DNA from: an uncultured Clostridia bacterium
GTDB lineage: Bacteria > Bacillota > Clostridia > Christensenellales > Borkfalkiaceae
Assembly: GCA_934254725.1 (NCBI GenBank)
Contig: CAKQLR010000003.1
Span: 18,754-82,753 of the forward strand
Reading direction: 5' to 3'
Length of the DNA stretch: 64,000 bases
Below the pieces are notes generated by a model. The model did no database searches and was not told where the DNA came from. It was given only the letters and a program-made list of their open reading frames with translations. Made by a program: the position numbers and the translations under genes. This document shows positions 41,158 to 50,142 of the stretch, piece by piece (position 1 is the stretch's first letter; each line of letters starts with the position of its first letter).

Positions 41158-41185
41158 ATTATACACCCCCCCCCCGCATTGTCAA
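41158..41185 (-). promoter_or_regulatory. Consensus sigma-A promoter of locus A with a G10 tract in the spacer
   Basis: The minus strand reads TTGACA-atgcGGGGGGGGGGtg-TATAAT. The -35 box is at 41185-41180, the 16-nt spacer at 41179-41164 and the -10 box at 41163-41158. The ATG at 41127 lies 30 nt downstream of the -10 box. Confidence 0.75.
41166..41175. repeat. Homopolymeric C10/G10 tract
   Basis: Counted directly: C at 41166-41175 on the plus strand. I saw no other G/C homopolymer approaching this length while reading the window. Confidence 0.95.
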
Positions 41186-41468
41186 CACAAAAGACACACA
41201 AATTACAAATTTTTTTCCGTGGGGGCAGTTTTTTTGAGGAATTATAAGGAATATTAGCCGAAAGGGCAACAAGAAAAATGCGGAAAAATTTACAAAAAAT
41301 TGTTTTTTGCAGAGTACGGATACAAAAATTTCAGTATGTATCAACCCTGCGAATCAACTGCCGGCACGAGGTTTTCTCTGCATACAACTGCCTGAAAAAT
41401 ATAAAAAAATCCGAGCGAAACGCCTCCGAACAGAGACCCGAATCGCACGGATTTTTATGATAAGATTT

Positions 41469-41888
41469 TTATTTACAACAATTTTTACTCGGTAAAATTC
41501 TTGTTGAGGGGTTTGTATCGTCGGCGGTTTTACCCGCTATCACATCGTCATAATGAGCGACTTTTTTCGTGATATAGTCAAAAATTTCCTGAGCTTCTTT
41601 CAATTTTTGCCTGGCTAAAGCAAGTTGCCTGTTCATGATTTCTCTGCGTTCTGCAAGCGTTTCGTCGCCCTGCAAACATAAATCGCCGTAGCGCTTTATA
41701 TCTTCGATGGACATTCCGCAACCTTTCAGACATTTTATGCCCATAAGCCAGTTGACCGATTCCTCATCGAACACACGGCGGTTTCCGCTATCGCGTTTTA
41801 CGGGTAAAAGGTTAAGGTTGGTATAATAACGAATGGTATGTTCGCTCATTCCCATAATTTCGGCTATTTGTTTTACGGTATATTTCAT
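41469..41888 (-). CDS. MerR family transcriptional regulator
   Basis: YTVKQIAEIMGMSEHTIRYYTNLNLLP HTH motif and a C-terminal coiled coil. Confidence 0.9.
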   Translation of the reverse strand: MKYTVKQIAEIMGMSEHTIRYYTNLNLLPVKRDSGNRRVFDEESVNWLMGIKCLKGCGMSIEDIKRYGDLCLQGDETLAERREIMNRQLALARQKLKEAQEIFDYITKKVAHYDDVIAGKTADDTNPSTRILPSKNCCK

Positions 41889-41919
41889 AAAAAATCTCCT
41901 GAAAAAATAGTAAAAACCC

Positions 41920-41950
41920 TTGACTTCGAGTAACTCTAACTTATTATACT
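41920..41950 (+). promoter_or_regulatory. MerR-type promoter with a 19-bp spacer, driving the aldo/keto reductase gene
   Basis: TTGACT (41920-41925), a 19-nt spacer and TATACT (41945-41950). A partial dyad ACT-TCG-AGT sits in the spacer. The promoter is divergent from merR. Confidence 0.6.
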
Positions 41951-41984
41951 GTATTTACCTGAAAAAATCAAAGGGAGAACTGTT

Positions 41985-42833
41985 ATGAAAACGATTATAT
42001 TTAACAACGGTGTAGAAATGCCAATGCTCGGATTCGGAACTTTTCAGATTACCGAGCCGAAACAATGCGAAAAAAGTGTAATTACCGCGATAAATGCAGG
42101 TTACAGATTAATCGATACGGCGGAAGCTTACGGAAACGAAAAATACGTCGGTAACGCAATTAAAAACTGCGGAATTAACAGAAAAGAACTCTTTATAACT
42201 ACAAAACTTAACTTCAACCATTTTGAATCGGATGCGGCAAGAGAAACTCTCAATAAGTCATTAGAAAATCTGCAAACGGACTATATCGACCTTGTTTTAT
42301 TGCACTGGGGCTTCGGAAATCGTTACGCCGCATGGCGCGTTCTGGAAGAGTTTTACGAGCAAGAAAAAATACGCGCGATAGGCGTATCGAATTTCGAACC
42401 GGATATGCTCATCGACTTGATAAACTTCAACAAGGTGAAACCTGCCGTAAATCAGACAGAGACGCATTTGTATTGCCAGCGTAAAGCCGTGCACGAATGG
42501 GAAAACAAATACGGGATCGCACATCAGGCATACGCGCCGCTCGGACAGGGTCGGGCAAACGAAATGTTTAATGAAAAAGCCGTAGTTCGTATTGCCGAAA
42601 AATACGGAAAAACTCCCGCGCAGGTTTTACTCCGCTATCAGATAGAAAACGGCGTTATCGTTATACCTAAATCCGTTCACGAAAACAGAATTAAAGAAAA
42701 TATAGACGTTTTCGATTTTTCGCTTGCCAAAGAAGAAATTAACGAACTCGCCGCGCTCGATAAAAACGAGCCGATGATAGGCAAGCCCGAACAGCCGGAT
42801 TTTACGGAATTTGCAATGACGTGGATTAAATAA
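41985..42833 (+). CDS. Aldo/keto reductase (2,5-diketo-D-gluconate reductase-like)
   Basis: 282 aa with GFGTFQ, DTAEAYGNE and LLHW motifs. Confidence 0.9.
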   Translation: MKTIIFNNGVEMPMLGFGTFQITEPKQCEKSVITAINAGYRLIDTAEAYGNEKYVGNAIKNCGINRKELFITTKLNFNHFESDAARETLNKSLENLQTDYIDLVLLHWGFGNRYAAWRVLEEFYEQEKIRAIGVSNFEPDMLIDLINFNKVKPAVNQTETHLYCQRKAVHEWENKYGIAHQAYAPLGQGRANEMFNEKAVVRIAEKYGKTPAQVLLRYQIENGVIVIPKSVHENRIKENIDVFDFSLAKEEINELAALDKNEPMIGKPEQPDFTEFAMTWIK

Positions 42834-42871
42834 AATTTACCATTCTTTGCGCGAAAAACGGGGTTTTTCGG

Positions 42872-43390
42872 TTAAAACATAATTCCGAATTTATTGCTTA
42901 CGTCGGCGCTAATTCTTATATAATTATCGGAAAAGTAAAAAGATATTTTTCTTTTTTCAAACGAAATGCCGTACGAATTTTCATCCGAAAGTTTAAAACC
43001 GTAATTTGTCATAGCGGTTTTTATTTCGTCTTTTGATGATCTGAAAGTAAGCCCGTATATGATTATAGTCGGGTCGGTAATCGTTATTCTCGTAATATGT
43101 TTAGCTTTGTCGGAGTAGTCGGGATAAGAAGTAACAGTATAAATAACGCATTCCTCGGGATCGGTCTGCTCCCCGTTCTCATTTATTGCAGGCGTGTAAG
43201 CTGAACCGTAATATTCCTGCCCGCCCATAATCCCGTAACGTTCTTTACAATTTGAAAAATCTATGTCGTCTGCATTGTCGCATATCCAGAATTCAAGATT
43301 CGTTTCGGGCTTTTCGATGCCGCCGCTGCCGCAACCGAAAAACATAAGCAGAAGCATGACGGCTAAAATTGTCACTGAAATTCTTTTCAT
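42872..43390 (-). CDS. Lipoprotein, unknown function
   Basis: 172 aa with a signal peptide and lipobox LMFFGC. I recognise no family. Confidence 0.6.
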   Translation of the reverse strand: MKRISVTILAVMLLLMFFGCGSGGIEKPETNLEFWICDNADDIDFSNCKERYGIMGGQEYYGSAYTPAINENGEQTDPEECVIYTVTSYPDYSDKAKHITRITITDPTIIIYGLTFRSSKDEIKTAMTNYGFKLSDENSYGISFEKRKISFYFSDNYIRISADVSNKFGIMF

Positions 43391-43488
43391 GGATAATTTC
43401 TCCTTTTCGCAATCTTCGACATACTTATTATATTATAGTTTCTACTGTTTGTCAATACCGGATTAAAAATATCAATTTAACAAAAAAA

Positions 43489-43515
43489 ACGCCGTAAATC
43501 ACACATTAACGGCGT
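43489..43515 (-). terminator. Intrinsic (bidirectional) terminator downstream of the protease gene; best-formed member of the hairpin family
   Basis: A8-ACGCCGTAAAT-CACAC-ATTAACGGCGT-T6, with 10 of 11 stem pairs. Confidence 0.75.
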
Positions 43516-43540
43516 TTTTTGTAATTTATGGATGCAATAA

Positions 43541-44926
43541 TCAATCTACACAGTAAGAGGAAGAAAGAGTAACGGTTACTTCTTTTTCCGTGCCGTTTCT
43601 CTTTATAAAGAATTTAACGGTTTTGCCTTTTTCAAACATAATTTCGGCGTCGGTTAAATTGAACAATCTGGTAACGGTGACTTTTTCTCCCTCGTATTCT
43701 ATCGCGGTAACAATGTCGCCCATCGCGAGAATTCCTTCCGCAGGGCTTGAAGAAGCGACCGCGCTAACCGTAACTTCTTCCGAAATACGGGTATCCAAAA
43801 GTTCGTAATCGTAATACGCAAAGCTTGAAGAAATCATGTAAGTCACGCCGAGGTTAGCCATAACAAGCTGCGTTTTGGTACCGTTGCAGTTCTTAACGAT
43901 GTTGTTATAAACTTTTTCCACAATGGACGACGGTATCGCGTAGGCGATGTTATCCACTTTTGTTGAAACAACCTTTGCGTTTACTATACCTATCAGTTTT
44001 CCGTTCTTGTCGTAAAGACCGCCGCCGCTGTTTCCGCCGTTGACCGCGGCGTCAATTCTTATAACCCTGTAACTTACGGTCGTTTTCTCGTCCTTGGGCG
44101 AGGTCATCTGAATATACTCCGAATCCACGCTGACAATGCCCGCCGTTGCGGAAATACCCTTCGCTTCGGGGTTGCCAACCGCGAGTATGCCGTCGCCCGC
44201 GCCGAGCAGGTTGCTGTCGCCGAACTCCGCCGCGCGCAGATATTTACTGCGGAACACAACGGAATCGGTTATTTTAAGAACGGCTATATCGTACGTTGCC
44301 GTTGCTCCGACGATTTCGGCATTCACCGCATAAGCGTCATACTCCCTGCCGTACACGAAAACTTTTACAGTTTCCGCAACGCCTTTGGTTACGTTGCTGT
44401 CGGCATCGTGAACTACATGGTAGTTTGTTATAACGAATGCGTTGCCCTCGTCGCTGTCTAAATACGCGATGACGCCCGCGCCTTCGCCCGTATATGCTTG
44501 CTCCGTATACGACTTACGCCCGTAAAAATCATAGCTGATGACGTATTTTTTAAACGTGCTTACAACCTTGACGGTGGAAAGCAACGCGGTATCGGCAACT
44601 TTTGATAAATCCGTGCCGAAAGTCTCCGAAATGTATTCGGGCATATACGCGTTCATAAAATCGTCAAAGGTTTTATTCTCGTTGCCCTCCTGCTTTTTCC
44701 ACTCTTCGAAAAGTGAAACGACTGTGGGTTGCGCGTCGGCGCCGTTTTTGCCTTTAAGGCTTTCGAGCCACTCGGCTTCCGTGCCCTTAAAACCGTTCTG
44801 TACGGCTATCTGGTATGCGCTAAGACCCGCGTTGTCGTTCGAATTCAAAAGGCAGGAGCCGCCAAACGACATGACTAATATCGCCACCAAAGCGATTATG
44901 AATACTACAAGCTTGTTTCTTTTCAT
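43541..44926 (-). CDS. Membrane-anchored trypsin-like serine protease (S1C/HtrA-like) with a C-terminal PDZ-like region
   Basis: N-terminal TM, VITNYHVV (catalytic His), GNSGGGLY (catalytic Ser) and a C-terminal ~90 aa beta-rich domain. Confidence 0.85.
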   Translation of the reverse strand: MKRNKLVVFIIALVAILVMSFGGSCLLNSNDNAGLSAYQIAVQNGFKGTEAEWLESLKGKNGADAQPTVVSLFEEWKKQEGNENKTFDDFMNAYMPEYISETFGTDLSKVADTALLSTVKVVSTFKKYVISYDFYGRKSYTEQAYTGEGAGVIAYLDSDEGNAFVITNYHVVHDADSNVTKGVAETVKVFVYGREYDAYAVNAEIVGATATYDIAVLKITDSVVFRSKYLRAAEFGDSNLLGAGDGILAVGNPEAKGISATAGIVSVDSEYIQMTSPKDEKTTVSYRVIRIDAAVNGGNSGGGLYDKNGKLIGIVNAKVVSTKVDNIAYAIPSSIVEKVYNNIVKNCNGTKTQLVMANLGVTYMISSSFAYYDYELLDTRISEEVTVSAVASSSPAEGILAMGDIVTAIEYEGEKVTVTRLFNLTDAEIMFEKGKTVKFFIKRNGTEKEVTVTLSSSYCVD

Positions 44927-44986
44927 TTATAACACCTCGCTTGTTTTTTATGATGATAAAACTCCAATCTTAAATTTTTCTTAAAA

Positions 44987-45007
44987 CAGGGACGTTCTTC
45001 ATCCCTG
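44987..45007 (-). terminator. Intrinsic terminator downstream of hemW
   Basis: The minus strand reads CAGGGA-TGAAGAACG-TCCCTG followed by TTTTAAGAAAAATTT. Confidence 0.6.
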
Positions 45008-45065
45008 CGCCCAAATATATTTTAAACCGGACGCCCGCGTTTTAAACCGAGCGCCCGATTAAAAA

Positions 45066-46175
45066 TCATTTTAAGAAGTCGACTATTATCGAATTCTGAA
45101 CGAAAATGTATTCCGGACGTATTTTCACCCTGCGGGGAGAAACGTCCATAACCGCAGCGTATTTGTTCAGCTCTTCGGAAAACTCCGCAGTGAAATCCGT
45201 GCCGAAAAGTCTTTTATATTCCTTTCTGTCAATGCCGTCGTCCGTGCGAAGGGCAAGCATGATAAATTCGTTTTTAATCTCGTCGCCCTCTATAACTTCG
45301 CTGTTCTCCTCGGCAAAGTAACCCGAAATAATGCACTTAACGTAATCGTCTATATAAGGAATATTGTTAAACCTTCTGTTCTCCATATGGCTCGAAGCCG
45401 CCACGCCTAAGCCGATATACTCGCCGCGCTTCCAGTAGTTTTCGTTGTGCCTCGAGCGAAACCCGGGTTTTGAAAAGTTTGAAACTTCGTAACGCTTGTA
45501 GCCGAGGGTGTCGAGATAATCCACGCCGTAAGCGTACAGCTCGGCAACCGCGTCGTCGTCGGGAAGCTCGCCGTTCAGATAGTTTGTATACATCGGCGTG
45601 CCGTCCTCCGCTTTAAGCGCGTACATCGAAACGTGCGTCGCTCCGCTTTCCGCAATAACGTCCAGCGTCTTTTTAAGGTCGTCCGAGGTCTGGTCGAAAA
45701 GCCCTATCAGTGCGTCCGCATTGAAATTTTCGCCCTTAAGCATAGCCGCGCAGTCGAGGTAATCTTTCAGCGTGTGTATTCTGTTAAGCCGCGAAAGCAT
45801 TCTGTCGTCCGCCGACTGAAGCCCCACGCTGAACCTGTTTATGCCTGCTTTTCTGTACGCATCAAGCTTAGCCTCGGTAAGTGTGCCAGGATTTATCTCC
45901 ACGGTAATTTCCGCGTCCGGGAAAAGATTGAATTTTTCCTTGGCTTGCTTCACAACCCCGGTTATGTACTTTTCGTCTACGAAAGACGGAGTGCCGCCGC
46001 CTATATACAGCGTATCGAACCGATGATTTTTATATTGATTTGCGCGCGCCTTCATCTCCTTGTACAGACACGCGAAATACAGTTCCGCCTTGCCGTACTC
46101 GTTGGGGTAAGAAGCAAAATCGCAATAAGTGCATTTGCTTTTGCAGAACGGAACGTGAACGTATATTCCTGCCAT
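45066..46175 (-). CDS. hemW: Radical SAM family heme chaperone HemW (oxygen-independent coproporphyrinogen III oxidase-like)
   Basis: VHVPFCKSKCTYCDF motif, 369 aa, and the classic lepA-hemW synteny. Confidence 0.9.
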   Translation of the reverse strand: MAGIYVHVPFCKSKCTYCDFASYPNEYGKAELYFACLYKEMKARANQYKNHRFDTLYIGGGTPSFVDEKYITGVVKQAKEKFNLFPDAEITVEINPGTLTEAKLDAYRKAGINRFSVGLQSADDRMLSRLNRIHTLKDYLDCAAMLKGENFNADALIGLFDQTSDDLKKTLDVIAESGATHVSMYALKAEDGTPMYTNYLNGELPDDDAVAELYAYGVDYLDTLGYKRYEVSNFSKPGFRSRHNENYWKRGEYIGLGVAASSHMENRRFNNIPYIDDYVKCIISGYFAEENSEVIEGDEIKNEFIMLALRTDDGIDRKEYKRLFGTDFTAEFSEELNKYAAVMDVSPRRVKIRPEYIFVQNSIIVDFLK

Positions 46176-46266
46176 ATTTTTTCCTTTAAAGTGTTCTCTT
46201 TTATAAATAAGTAGCCTTTTTCGCGCAAAAACGGCACTTTATGCTTTTTGTCAAATTCAGTGGCGG

Positions 46267-48078
46267 CTATTCGGAATCTATCTTCAGAATGGAAGTAAAC
46301 GCCTCGCTCGGAACTTCTACCGTGCCGAGTTTACGCATTTTCTTTTTGCCTTCCTTTTGCTTTTCGAGTAGCTTCTTCTTTCTCGTTATATCGCCGCCGT
46401 AGCACTTGGCGAGAACGTCCTTTCTGAGCGCCTTAACCGTTTCGCGGGCAATTACCTTGCCGCCTATGCAAGCCTGAATGGGTATTTCGAACATCTGACG
46501 GGGGATAACTTCTTTGAGCTTTTCTCCTATCGCCCTGCCGCGCGCGTAAGCTTTTTCCCTGTGAACTATTATGGAGAGCGCGTCGCAAATATCTCCGTTA
46601 AGCATCATATCCAGCTTGACAAGGTCGCTCTTCTCGTAGCCGTCAAGCTCGTAATCGAAGCTGGCATAGCCGCGCGTTCTCGACTTCAATCCGTCGAAGA
46701 AATCGTAAATAATCTCGTTTAACGGAAGTTTGTACAACAAACGCACCCTGTTGGAATCGAGATAGGTCATATCGAGGAACACCCCTCGTTTTTCCTGACA
46801 CAAATCCATTATGGGCCCCAGATAATCGGGCGGCGAATATATGCTCGCCTTTACGATAGGCTCTTCCATATATTCGATGTCCGACGGGTCGGGCAGGTGC
46901 GACGGGTTGTTTACGACAATCATAGATTTATCAGTCTTGTAAACCTTATAAGAAACGGACGGTGCCGTGGTTATGATATCGAGGTCGAACTCCCTTTCTA
47001 TTCTTTGCTGAATGATTTCCATATGCAGAAGCCCTAAGAAACCGCATCTGAAACCGAAGCCGAGAGCGATGGAATTATCCGGCTCGAACGTAAGAGAAGC
47101 ATCGTTCAGTTTAAGCTTTAAAAGGGCGTCTTTAAGGTCGTTGAATTTACTGCCGTCAAGAGGAAAAACCCCCGAAAACACGACGGGAAGCACCTTTTTG
47201 TATCCCGGGAGAGCTTCGCTTGCGGGATTGTCCGCATCGGTAATAGTGTCGCCCACGGTGGTGTCCTGTATGGTTTTTATGCTCGCGGCAATGTAGCCTA
47301 CCTCGCCCGAAACAAGCGAAGCCTTGGGGCGAAGATGCGGGTCGAAAGTACCTACTTCCACCACGTCGAAAACTTTGTTCGACGTAAAGGTTTTAATTCT
47401 GCTGCCCGCTTTAACCTCGCCGTCCATTATTCTTACAAAGCAGATAACGCCCTTGTAGTTATCGTAATAGGAATCGAAAATCAAAGCTTTGAGCGGCGCT
47501 TCGTCATCGCCCGACGGCGCGGGAATGTGCGTTACTATCTGCTCTAAAACCTCTTCGATATTTATGCCTTCCTTTGCGGAAATTCTCGGTGCGGAAGAAC
47601 CGTCCAACCCGATAACGTCCTCTATTTCCTTGGCAACCTCGTCGGGGCGGGCGGAAATAAGGTCTATTTTGTTTATTACGGGGAGAATTTCGAGGTTGTT
47701 ATCGAGCGCAAGATAGGTGTTTGCAAGCGTCTGAGCTTCTATGCCCTGCGACGCGTCAACGATGAGTATTGCCCCCTCGCACGCGGCGAGCGAGCGCGAA
47801 ACCTCGTAGGTGAAGTCAACGTGACCCGGTGTATCTATAAGGTTAAAGATGTAATCTTTTCCGTCCTTAGCCTTGTACGACATTCTTACCGGCGTAAGCT
47901 TTATGGTAATGCCGCGTTCTCTTTCAAGGTCCATGGAGTCGAGAAGCTGATCCTCCATATCCCTTTCCGCAACCTGACCTGTCATCTCTATAATGCGGTC
48001 GGCAAGCGTGGATTTACCGTGGTCTATGTGCGCTATTATACAAAAATTTCGTATGTTTTCTTTTACTCTTTTTGCCAT
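46267..48078 (-). CDS. lepA: Translation elongation factor 4
   Basis: 603 aa with [20 protein letters not shown] and a LepA-specific C-terminal domain. Confidence 0.95.
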   Translation of the reverse strand: MAKRVKENIRNFCIIAHIDHGKSTLADRIIEMTGQVAERDMEDQLLDSMDLERERGITIKLTPVRMSYKAKDGKDYIFNLIDTPGHVDFTYEVSRSLAACEGAILIVDASQGIEAQTLANTYLALDNNLEILPVINKIDLISARPDEVAKEIEDVIGLDGSSAPRISAKEGINIEEVLEQIVTHIPAPSGDDEAPLKALIFDSYYDNYKGVICFVRIMDGEVKAGSRIKTFTSNKVFDVVEVGTFDPHLRPKASLVSGEVGYIAASIKTIQDTTVGDTITDADNPASEALPGYKKVLPVVFSGVFPLDGSKFNDLKDALLKLKLNDASLTFEPDNSIALGFGFRCGFLGLLHMEIIQQRIEREFDLDIITTAPSVSYKVYKTDKSMIVVNNPSHLPDPSDIEYMEEPIVKASIYSPPDYLGPIMDLCQEKRGVFLDMTYLDSNRVRLLYKLPLNEIIYDFFDGLKSRTRGYASFDYELDGYEKSDLVKLDMMLNGDICDALSIIVHREKAYARGRAIGEKLKEVIPRQMFEIPIQACIGGKVIARETVKALRKDVLAKCYGGDITRKKKLLEKQKEGKKKMRKLGTVEVPSEAFTSILKIDSE

Positions 48079-48174
48079 ATTTTTTTAAAGTGTTTTTTAA
48101 CAAGCTGCGTATATCGCGCGTTATCGCGCTTTTTCTGTGTATAATTCTGCTCGGAAATACTGTTTTATATTCCG

Positions 48175-50055
48175 TTATTTCTCCATAAGTTTAACCCAGG
48201 CGGGAAACTTCGCAACGAATTCCTCGTTGTTTTCCGTTCTGCCTATCATGCTGATAAGCGACTCCACACCCTCCTCTCTCGAGATAAACCTGCGGACGAG
48301 GAACGAACAATCAAGTTCCTTTTTGGAAAGAAGAAGTTCTTCCTTTCTCGTGCCGGAACGGTATAAATCGAACGCGGGGAATATCCTCTTTTCTGCAAGT
48401 TCGCGGGTTAAGTGAATTTCCATATTGCCGGTGCCCTTAAACTCTTCGTAGATAACGTCGTCCATCTTGCTGCCCGTGTCTATAAGCGCGGTCGCAAGGA
48501 TTGTAAGGCTTCCGCCCTCTTTTATGTTTCTCGCCGCGCCGAAGAACTTTTTGGGAAGCTGAAGCGCCGCGGGGTCGATACCGCCGGAAAGAATTTTGCC
48601 CGACGACGGAACAACCTGGTTGTACGCGCGGGTAAGGCGGGTTATCGAATCGAGAAGAATAACTACGTCCTTTTCAAGCTCCACAAGGCGTTTAGCCCTC
48701 CACATAACAAGCTCCGCCGCCCTGATGTGATGTTCGGGCGGTTCGTCGAACGTGGAGTAAACTACCTCGCCCTTTATACTGCTTTTAAGGTCGGTAACTT
48801 CTTCGGGGCGTTCGTCAATCAGAAGGACTATAAGGTGAATGTCCGGGTGGTTGGCTTCTATCGCCTGCGCAACATTTTTAAGCAACGTGGTCTTGCCCGT
48901 TTTAGGGGGCGCAACCACCAGCCCGCGCTGACCTTTGCCGAGAGGGCAAAGCAAATCCATCATTCTTAAAGTGAAGCAGTTTTCATCGTCCTTCCTCTCG
49001 AGGCTTAAGCGCTCCTGCGGGTAACAAGGGGTAAGGTCGTCGAAGTTTCTGCGCGGAGTTCTCGGCGGCAATCCGTTAACGGAAAGCACTTCCGTCAAAG
49101 ATGACGAACCCGTTTCCCTCGTCCTTTCTGCTCTGCCCACGACAAAATCGCCCCGCCTCAGCCCGAAATACTTTACCTGCTGACGGGCAAGGAACGTATC
49201 GCCCGTGGGGGAAGACTCGTAATTGTTCGCCCTGAGGAAGCCGTAGCCGTCCATATGCATTTCCAGAACGCCGCTGACGGTGTCCGGTTTTTTCTGCTGT
49301 TCGTTATCCGCAAACCTCGCGCCCGAGGAAGTCTGATAATCCTTCCGCTCGTAAGGCGTTCTGTTGCCTCTGTTGAAACCTTCGCGCTGACCGTTTTGTC
49401 TCTGTCTGTCCGCGTCCCTGTAGAACGTGTTCCCCCTGCCGTCGCGGTTTGTCTGAGAGTTTCCTATAAACACCCCCGTTCTCTGCTGCCTGTTGCCGCC
49501 CTGCTGTCTGTCTCTGCCGGCATATTGCTCGGTTTTGTACGAACGGGAATGATCGTCGTTTTTATTTTGCGAGGACTTTCCGTCATCTTCGCAATAGCTT
49601 TCTTCGGGAGAAACGGGATCCGTTCCGTTAGAGAAAATCGCACCGCTTGCAGTAAAGCCTTTGTCCTTTTCGTCCGTGTATGCGGGCGTCTCTCCGAAGC
49701 CCTGTCCGCCGAAGCCGTACGGCGCGGGCTGTTGTTTGAATTCCTCGCTTTCCGCCCCGTCCTCGGGCATAATGTAATCGTTCGTGTTTTCCGAAAGTTC
49801 TTCTTTCTCTTCGGGAAGAGAGGGCAAACTCTCTTTCTTTGTTTCCTGCGGCGGAATGTCCGAAGTGGATTTAACCGCCTTGCGTCCTCTTGTGCTTCTT
49901 ACCGGCATGTTGCCTGTCTCCAGAATGTTTTTAATTTCATCAATTATAACGCCCTTCGGCTTTACGCCGGGCGTCCCCCCGAGCGAACGGAGAATTCTTC
50001 TTAAATCGTAAATACCGTAAAGATGAAGTTGTTCCTTATCAAAATTTTCCGACAT
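48175..50055 (-). CDS. rho: Transcription termination factor Rho with a ~200-aa low-complexity N-terminal insertion
   Basis: Rho N-terminal helix bundle ([12 protein letters not shown]), CSD-like RNA-binding domain ([14 protein letters not shown]) and Walker [12 protein letters not shown]. At 626 aa it is much longer than the ~420 aa canonical Rho. Confidence 0.95.
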   Translation of the reverse strand: MSENFDKEQLHLYGIYDLRRILRSLGGTPGVKPKGVIIDEIKNILETGNMPVRSTRGRKAVKSTSDIPPQETKKESLPSLPEEKEELSENTNDYIMPEDGAESEEFKQQPAPYGFGGQGFGETPAYTDEKDKGFTASGAIFSNGTDPVSPEESYCEDDGKSSQNKNDDHSRSYKTEQYAGRDRQQGGNRQQRTGVFIGNSQTNRDGRGNTFYRDADRQRQNGQREGFNRGNRTPYERKDYQTSSGARFADNEQQKKPDTVSGVLEMHMDGYGFLRANNYESSPTGDTFLARQQVKYFGLRRGDFVVGRAERTRETGSSSLTEVLSVNGLPPRTPRRNFDDLTPCYPQERLSLERKDDENCFTLRMMDLLCPLGKGQRGLVVAPPKTGKTTLLKNVAQAIEANHPDIHLIVLLIDERPEEVTDLKSSIKGEVVYSTFDEPPEHHIRAAELVMWRAKRLVELEKDVVILLDSITRLTRAYNQVVPSSGKILSGGIDPAALQLPKKFFGAARNIKEGGSLTILATALIDTGSKMDDVIYEEFKGTGNMEIHLTRELAEKRIFPAFDLYRSGTRKEELLLSKKELDCSFLVRRFISREEGVESLISMIGRTENNEEFVAKFPAWVKLMEK

Positions 50056-50142
50056 TTTTCTACTCCTTATATAGCTATGTTATTCCGCAAAATCGTTGTT
50101 TTTGTGTGAAATACGAGACTTTTAAGAAAAGCCTCTTTACTT

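Noticed and set aside
28324-41200. A tRNA-Arg-flanked genomic island containing locus A.
   Set aside because: There is no integrase or recombinase, I saw no direct repeat of the tRNA 3' end downstream, and composition does not shift obviously. The adjacency alone is not evidence.
41159-41344. 61-aa minus-strand ORF running through the G10 tract (ending ...TMRGGGV).
   Set aside because: It sits in the promoter region, has no ribosome binding site, and its C-terminus is simply the translated homopolymer. The promoter interpretation explains the sequence better.
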